A stretch of DNA of 64,000 nt from Candidatus Woesebacteria bacterium UBA5941. Lineage in GTDB: Bacteria; Patescibacteriota; Microgenomatia; UBA8517. Each line of letters opens with the position of its first letter. Position 1 is the stretch's first letter. Made by a program: the position numbers and the translations under genes. Under the pieces are notes generated by a model, which was not told where the DNA came from, made no database searches, and saw only the letters and a list, made by a program, of their open reading frames with translations. Below, piece after piece: positions 59,740 to 64,000 of this stretch. The stretch is taken from the NCBI GenBank assembly GCA_002430735.1, contig DJCV01000013.1, positions 33,460 through 97,459 of the forward strand, read 5' to 3'.

Positions 59740-60846
59740 TTATTGAGCTACTGCCGTCTGTGCTGCTTTTAAGTTCTTGTTGTAGAACAATGCTTTGTCA
59801 TATTCAGCTTGTGCGGCTCCCATATCTCCGCGTGTACTGAAAATGTTTCCTCGAATTAAGTAGAGTTCAGAAAATGCCCTGTTTTGGTTATTTAAAATCC
59901 TTTCAGTCATTTGTAAGACTCGGTCATACTGTTCTAATTCATAATATGCCTCTATTGGCTCGATTTGATACCACAGGGTGCGGAACGGAAGACGTGTTTC
60001 AACCTTCTCAAATTCAGAAACTGCGTTAGCATAATTTCCGGTGTGGAAAAGTGCCACAGAATAATTAAATCGCGCATAAATATCATTTGGATTTTCTGTG
60101 AGCAATCGCTCCGCTCGGTTCGCCGCAAGTTCCCAGGATGATTGTTCATCAAAATTTTCCATTAATATCCCTTCTGCAAGATGTTCTTTCTCACTAGGGA
60201 TGAGTAGCAAAAATTCGTAATTAAATTTCTCCCAAATTTCATCAAAATCCTCATATGAATACACGAGGTTTTTCCCTTGCAGAGAGTCATCTTGAATGAG
60301 TGTTCTTGTCGTGTCGTCAAACCCTTTTATGACTCGGTAATGGCCGATATCTTCGCTCGCCGTAAGCCATGTTCTGGTTATCACCGGAAATCCTGCACTA
60401 ATCGCGCGTTTTATAAGTTCTCGGTTCCCATTCGGTCTGTGGTAGGAAACGAGATTGTAGTCCTTTGCTTTTTCGCCCAATTCTGGGAGTGTCACTGATT
60501 TATCATCGTTATCACCTTGTGAGTTTTGGTATGGTCTCAGCGCTTGTCCTAACACTTGCTGTGATTCATTTATTCCGTAGTAATACAGGGCCATTGAAAG
60601 AGCTGCTGGGCCGCAGTTGTTGAACGTTTGGAACACATGATATGTGCTACTGAGTGTGCGCGCTGATTGAGTGGGATACGCGGTTGGGGTTGGTTTGGGT
60701 GATGGTGACTGTCTGGTTAATAGTGGAGTGACACGGGAATTGGTAATTGGTGTCGTGTTTTGAAAGAACTGTAGAGCGAAAGAAGGATAGAGAATGAGGG
60801 CGACGCCCGCAATGAATATAAGAAGAATGAGGATTAGTTTATGCAC
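59740..60846 (-). CDS. Peptidase C39-like domain protein with C-terminal TPR repeats.
   Basis: 'QTFNNCGPAALSMALYYYG' is a C39-like Cys motif. It is followed by TPR-like repeats ('GNYANAVSEFEK', 'MGAAQAEYDKALFYN'). Confidence 0.6.
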   Translation of the reverse strand: MHKLILILLIFIAGVALILYPSFALQFFQNTTPITNSRVTPLLTRQSPSPKPTPTAYPTQSARTLSSTYHVFQTFNNCGPAALSMALYYYGINESQQVLGQALRPYQNSQGDNDDKSVTLPELGEKAKDYNLVSYHRPNGNRELIKRAISAGFPVITRTWLTASEDIGHYRVIKGFDDTTRTLIQDDSLQGKNLVYSYEDFDEIWEKFNYEFLLLIPSEKEHLAEGILMENFDEQSSWELAANRAERLLTENPNDIYARFNYSVALFHTGNYANAVSEFEKVETRLPFRTLWYQIEPIEAYYELEQYDRVLQMTERILNNQNRAFSELYLIRGNIFSTRGDMGAAQAEYDKALFYNKNLKAAQTAVAQ

Positions 60847-60874
60847 TTATATATAGTAGCAGCTACGAACGGTT

Positions 60875-61501
60875 TTATTTAAGGAACTGCAACGTTTGAA
60901 AAATAGCATCCACTTCTTTTTGATACCCAACTTCTTCTGGATCAGCTACAAGGCGACTAATACTGACTGCATACGGAGAATTTGAATCCTTTTGTAAAAC
61001 GGTATAGGTCGATTCTCCTAATGATCGAATTGTATACTCATATCCGCTGTGTGCTCCGACAGTAATTGGCGTTTTGTCCTTTACCAGTTCACTCGTTCCG
61101 CTCACTTTAATTTCAGCGATGCGAGCGTCGATTACTTGTGCTAAAGGCATTCCCTTCAATTCAATCGGTTCAAAAACCATAATGACGCCATCGTACATTT
61201 CCGTTTGTCCTCGTTGTGTCGCACCTTTTTTGGTAATACGTATATACTGACCGTTGCCCTGCAGGTCGAGTACATAGTCGTTTGGGTATAACATGCTAAA
61301 AATACCTTTTGAATCACTGTAGCTGCTGCCACCTTGCTGCAATTTCTTGACGAGTTCATTTTCAGGTTCCGTTGAAAGAGGAGATGAAACAGGGGACGGG
61401 GCGAAGGTTACCATTGGGTCGTGCGCGACTGACGCGCGATTAATTCCATATGCCGCGATAGAGATAAGAATAATTGCTGAACCAACAAATGCGAGTTTCA
61501 T
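60875..61501 (-). CDS. Hypothetical secreted protein.
   Basis: The 208-aa ORF has a signal peptide 'MKLAFVGSAIILISIAAYG'. Confidence 0.4.
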   Translation of the reverse strand: MKLAFVGSAIILISIAAYGINRASVAHDPMVTFAPSPVSSPLSTEPENELVKKLQQGGSSYSDSKGIFSMLYPNDYVLDLQGNGQYIRITKKGATQRGQTEMYDGVIMVFEPIELKGMPLAQVIDARIAEIKVSGTSELVKDKTPITVGAHSGYEYTIRSLGESTYTVLQKDSNSPYAVSISRLVADPEEVGYQKEVDAIFQTLQFLK

Positions 61502-61561
61502 AAAAGTAGTATAGATAGCTTACACGATAAGTTTGTAAGAATCAGGTGAGAATTGTGTGAA

Positions 61562-63160
61562 TTATTTCTTCGCTTTCTTTGAAGCACTGCCAATCGCTTC
61601 CGTAATCGTTCTGAAGCCGTTCTTCTTAAGTAGATCAGGGAGTTCTGTATTAATATTCGCAACAAGCTGTGGGCCTTCAAAAATCATTCCTGTTATGAGT
61701 TGTACCAAACTTGCGCCACGGGTAATTTTTTCATATGCATCGTGTGCATTAAAAACCCCTCCACACCCAATGATCGTAAGACGCTTCTTGTAATGCTTGT
61801 AAGTTAAGGAAATTAATTCATTCGAGCGATCAAATGTTGGCTTGCCGCTAAAATTTCCTTTCGGGAATTTTGAAACTTCTGATTGATTCAGCGCGGGGTG
61901 ACTCCGATCCTTTTGCAAGTTTCCAAAAATGACTCCTGTCACTGAATGTTTGCTAATTACCTCTAGCATGGACAGCACCTCTTTATTTGATTTCTCGATA
62001 GGCATTTTTATAAAAATAGGTCGAGTAATGTGTAGACTGTCAATTGCGGTTAAGAGTCGATTAAGATTTTGTGGCGGATAAAAACTCACATTTGTAAGTA
62101 AGTTTGGACAACTAATATTTAATTCATAATACGAGTGGTTGCCATTTGATCGCTCAAAAAGGATAAATGCGCGAACAATGTCATCAATACTTTTTTTAAC
62201 CGTATTAACACTCGGTGTATTTGTTTTTCCAATCGAAATCCCGACCGGAATTGGAAACACGAGGCCTTTTAATCGATCTATTGTTTTTGTCGCTCCAAGG
62301 TTTTTAAACCCTTTATTCACCATTAATGACTTTGATTTTGGAAGTCTGCCAAGCATTGGTGAGGGGTTTCCTTTATATGGTCGGTTGGTAATAGTTCCAA
62401 CGGTTTGAAATCCAAAGCCAATACCATCAAGTGTCTGCGTGAGTCGTGCCTCATAGTCAAACCCAGCAGCAAGTCCGATTGGGTTTTTAAAGTACACACC
62501 TGCAATCGATTGAGAAAGCGATTTGTCTTCTCTGACAAATAAGAAATGGGCAAGTTTTTTGAAGAGCCAGAGGCTGCCCACGCGTTCTCCAAAGTGGACC
62601 ATATTCGTGTGTACTCTCTCGGGGGGTAGTAAAAAGAGTATTTGTTTAAGTACATATACATAGAGAATGCGAATAATGAATTGTGTGAGCTGTTTCCGCT
62701 CTTTGGCAAAGTAAAACAGGATACCGAGAAAAAGAAGCGTGCTTGTTGCAGCTGACACCATGCAATACACACATAACGCATGAATAACAAAAAGCTGTAG
62801 GTATACAAAATAAAGCGAACTCACAAATCCAATACAGGACATTACAATCGCTAGAAACACGAAGGATCGTTTGTGGAGGAGAATAACTGTTAAAAGCACA
62901 AAGGAAAGTATCGTATAGTGTACAAATCCAATGAGTGCAAGGGGAATACCAATGACTACTGAGTAACTACTTCTCAAAACGGTCCCACAATCTCCCAGTA
63001 AGGAATTGGCGCTGCATGGCGGTATTGTTTTTTGAAAGTGTTCGTATGCTAAATACCCTGAGTCAAATAACCCAAGGAGCGCACACAGGAGTAGCAGTAC
63101 TGGCCAGTACTTTTTCATTACTTTTTCGTTTTGCAACAATCGCAGTTGCAGCCACAACAA
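61562..63160 (-). CDS. Fusion protein: an N-terminal VKOR (vitamin K epoxide reductase-like) membrane domain joined to a C-terminal dihydroorotate dehydrogenase.
   Basis: The VKOR loop Cys pair 'PPCSANSLLGDCG' and TM CXXC 'CVYC' are present. The DHODH motifs are 'FKNPIGLAAGFD', 'GFGFQTVGTIT', 'GKTNTP' and 'LNISCPN'. Confidence 0.75.
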   Translation of the reverse strand: MLWLQLRLLQNEKVMKKYWPVLLLLCALLGLFDSGYLAYEHFQKTIPPCSANSLLGDCGTVLRSSYSVVIGIPLALIGFVHYTILSFVLLTVILLHKRSFVFLAIVMSCIGFVSSLYFVYLQLFVIHALCVYCMVSAATSTLLFLGILFYFAKERKQLTQFIIRILYVYVLKQILFLLPPERVHTNMVHFGERVGSLWLFKKLAHFLFVREDKSLSQSIAGVYFKNPIGLAAGFDYEARLTQTLDGIGFGFQTVGTITNRPYKGNPSPMLGRLPKSKSLMVNKGFKNLGATKTIDRLKGLVFPIPVGISIGKTNTPSVNTVKKSIDDIVRAFILFERSNGNHSYYELNISCPNLLTNVSFYPPQNLNRLLTAIDSLHITRPIFIKMPIEKSNKEVLSMLEVISKHSVTGVIFGNLQKDRSHPALNQSEVSKFPKGNFSGKPTFDRSNELISLTYKHYKKRLTIIGCGGVFNAHDAYEKITRGASLVQLITGMIFEGPQLVANINTELPDLLKKNGFRTITEAIGSASKKAKK

Positions 63161-63231
63161 TTATTATTCATTGAAATTCACCACCTTTATTGAAGAATAC
63201 CCAATGAGAGGTGTCGTGTATGTGACGAATA

Positions 63232-63855
63232 TCACTTCGCGATCTCTTTCTGCAAATCTGAGAGTTTGAGTATTGTCACTCTATTGTTTTGCGTTGTAAG
63301 AAGACCTGCTTTCTTTAACGTTTGTAAGTTACGGCTTACCGTTTCTCTCTGTAATCCAAGCCATGAGGCAATCTGTTCTTGGGAAGTTGTGATTGCAACC
63401 GTATCTTCTCCCGTATTTTCTTTTTCTGCGAAATATACCAGTAAACGCACAATTTTTTGATATGCATCGCTAAAAAGTATTGTTTCTATCCGAGTTGTAA
63501 GTCCCATCATTGCTTTTGAGAAACTGACTGCTAAGTTAAATAAAACGTCTGGTTGCTCGTGAAGAAACAAAAGGACATCAGAAAGAGGAGCTTTAAAGGC
63601 TGTTACTTCTTCTTGTGTCTGAAAGTAGTACGTGTTTTGCCTTTCGCTCAGCGGAATCATGAGCGGAAAGTATGCACCAGCTTTGAAGATGGTCAGTGTT
63701 ACTTCCTCACCCTCAGGTGAGAGCGCATACATTCTGACTAGACCTCTTTCTATGTAGTAAATATCTTCAATCGAGGTACTGGGTTGTATGATAATTTGTC
63801 CCTTTTTGAACGTACAAGGGGTGTGTTTTGAAAAAAAAGTGGCTGGGGTGCTCAT
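63232..63855 (-). CDS. Crp/Fnr-family transcriptional regulator.
   Basis: It has an N-terminal cNMP-binding beta-barrel and a C-terminal HTH 'QEQIASWLGLQRETVSRNLQTLKKAGLL'. Confidence 0.8.
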   Translation of the reverse strand: MSTPATFFSKHTPCTFKKGQIIIQPSTSIEDIYYIERGLVRMYALSPEGEEVTLTIFKAGAYFPLMIPLSERQNTYYFQTQEEVTAFKAPLSDVLLFLHEQPDVLFNLAVSFSKAMMGLTTRIETILFSDAYQKIVRLLVYFAEKENTGEDTVAITTSQEQIASWLGLQRETVSRNLQTLKKAGLLTTQNNRVTILKLSDLQKEIAK

Positions 63856-64000
63856 AGTGAGGAGTATATCAAGAAATCTAAGGGTAGACGATCTCCTTAA
63901 ATACGTTAACTGCGTTGTGGAAGCAGTCTCTTTTGTGTCTCACCGACTACAAATACGACAAGCGAAGCAAGAGCGATCAATGTAAATTCGACAGGAGTAA

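Overview
The window is a 64-kb chromosomal segment from a low-GC (about 40-42%) bacterium, mostly gene-dense and on the + strand in the first half. The gene content suggests a Patescibacteria/CPR-like or similarly reduced Gram-positive-type lineage: slimmed F-type ATP synthase subunits, MreB, PEGA and LytR_C envelope proteins, Ser/Thr/Gly-rich giant surface proteins, and no respiratory chain. That assignment is inference only.

Housekeeping content:
- An F1Fo ATP synthase operon (atpE-like, atpF, atpH, atpA, atpG, atpD, atpC) with a 2,3-bisphosphoglycerate-independent phosphoglycerate mutase gene embedded in it.
- tRNA-Pro(CGG) and tRNA-Arg(CCT) on the minus strand.
- rsmI, rfbB, mreB, a TagA-like glycosyltransferase, and a long UppS.
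- The secE-nusG-rplK-rplA / rplJ-rplL ribosomal cluster, interrupted twice by insertions.
- rnhB, rpsU, mscL, msrA, a CPA2 antiporter, cell-wall enzymes, a VKOR-DHODH fusion and a Crp/Fnr regulator.

Three accessory regions stand out:
1. A roughly 19-kb cell-surface operon (13.9-33.2 kb). It starts with a 2827-aa protein whose cytoplasmic N-terminus carries two MerR/excisionase-type HTH domains. This is tethered by one TM helix to a giant extracellular part with phage-tail-fibre-like motifs, 3.5 tandem repeats of about 475 aa, and beta-helix-like repeats. It is followed by a 584-aa membrane protein, two paralogous secreted proteins of about 1050 aa built from alternating repeat modules, a class-A beta-lactamase-like hydrolase, and two LytR_C proteins.
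2. A predicted peptide-ligase/signalling cassette (33.7-38.0 kb): a free-standing HTH paralogue, a 7TM protein, an ATP-grasp fused to a retropepsin-like DTGA protease, and two RimK-type ligases.
3. A small heterogeneous island (38.0-41.1 kb). It contains a strikingly GC-rich, CTG-codon-biased ORF with an E. coli-style extended -10 promoter, GAGGAGG RBS and intrinsic terminator. It also holds an EVE-domain protein and other orphans.

No CRISPR array, rRNA, transposase or integrase was seen.
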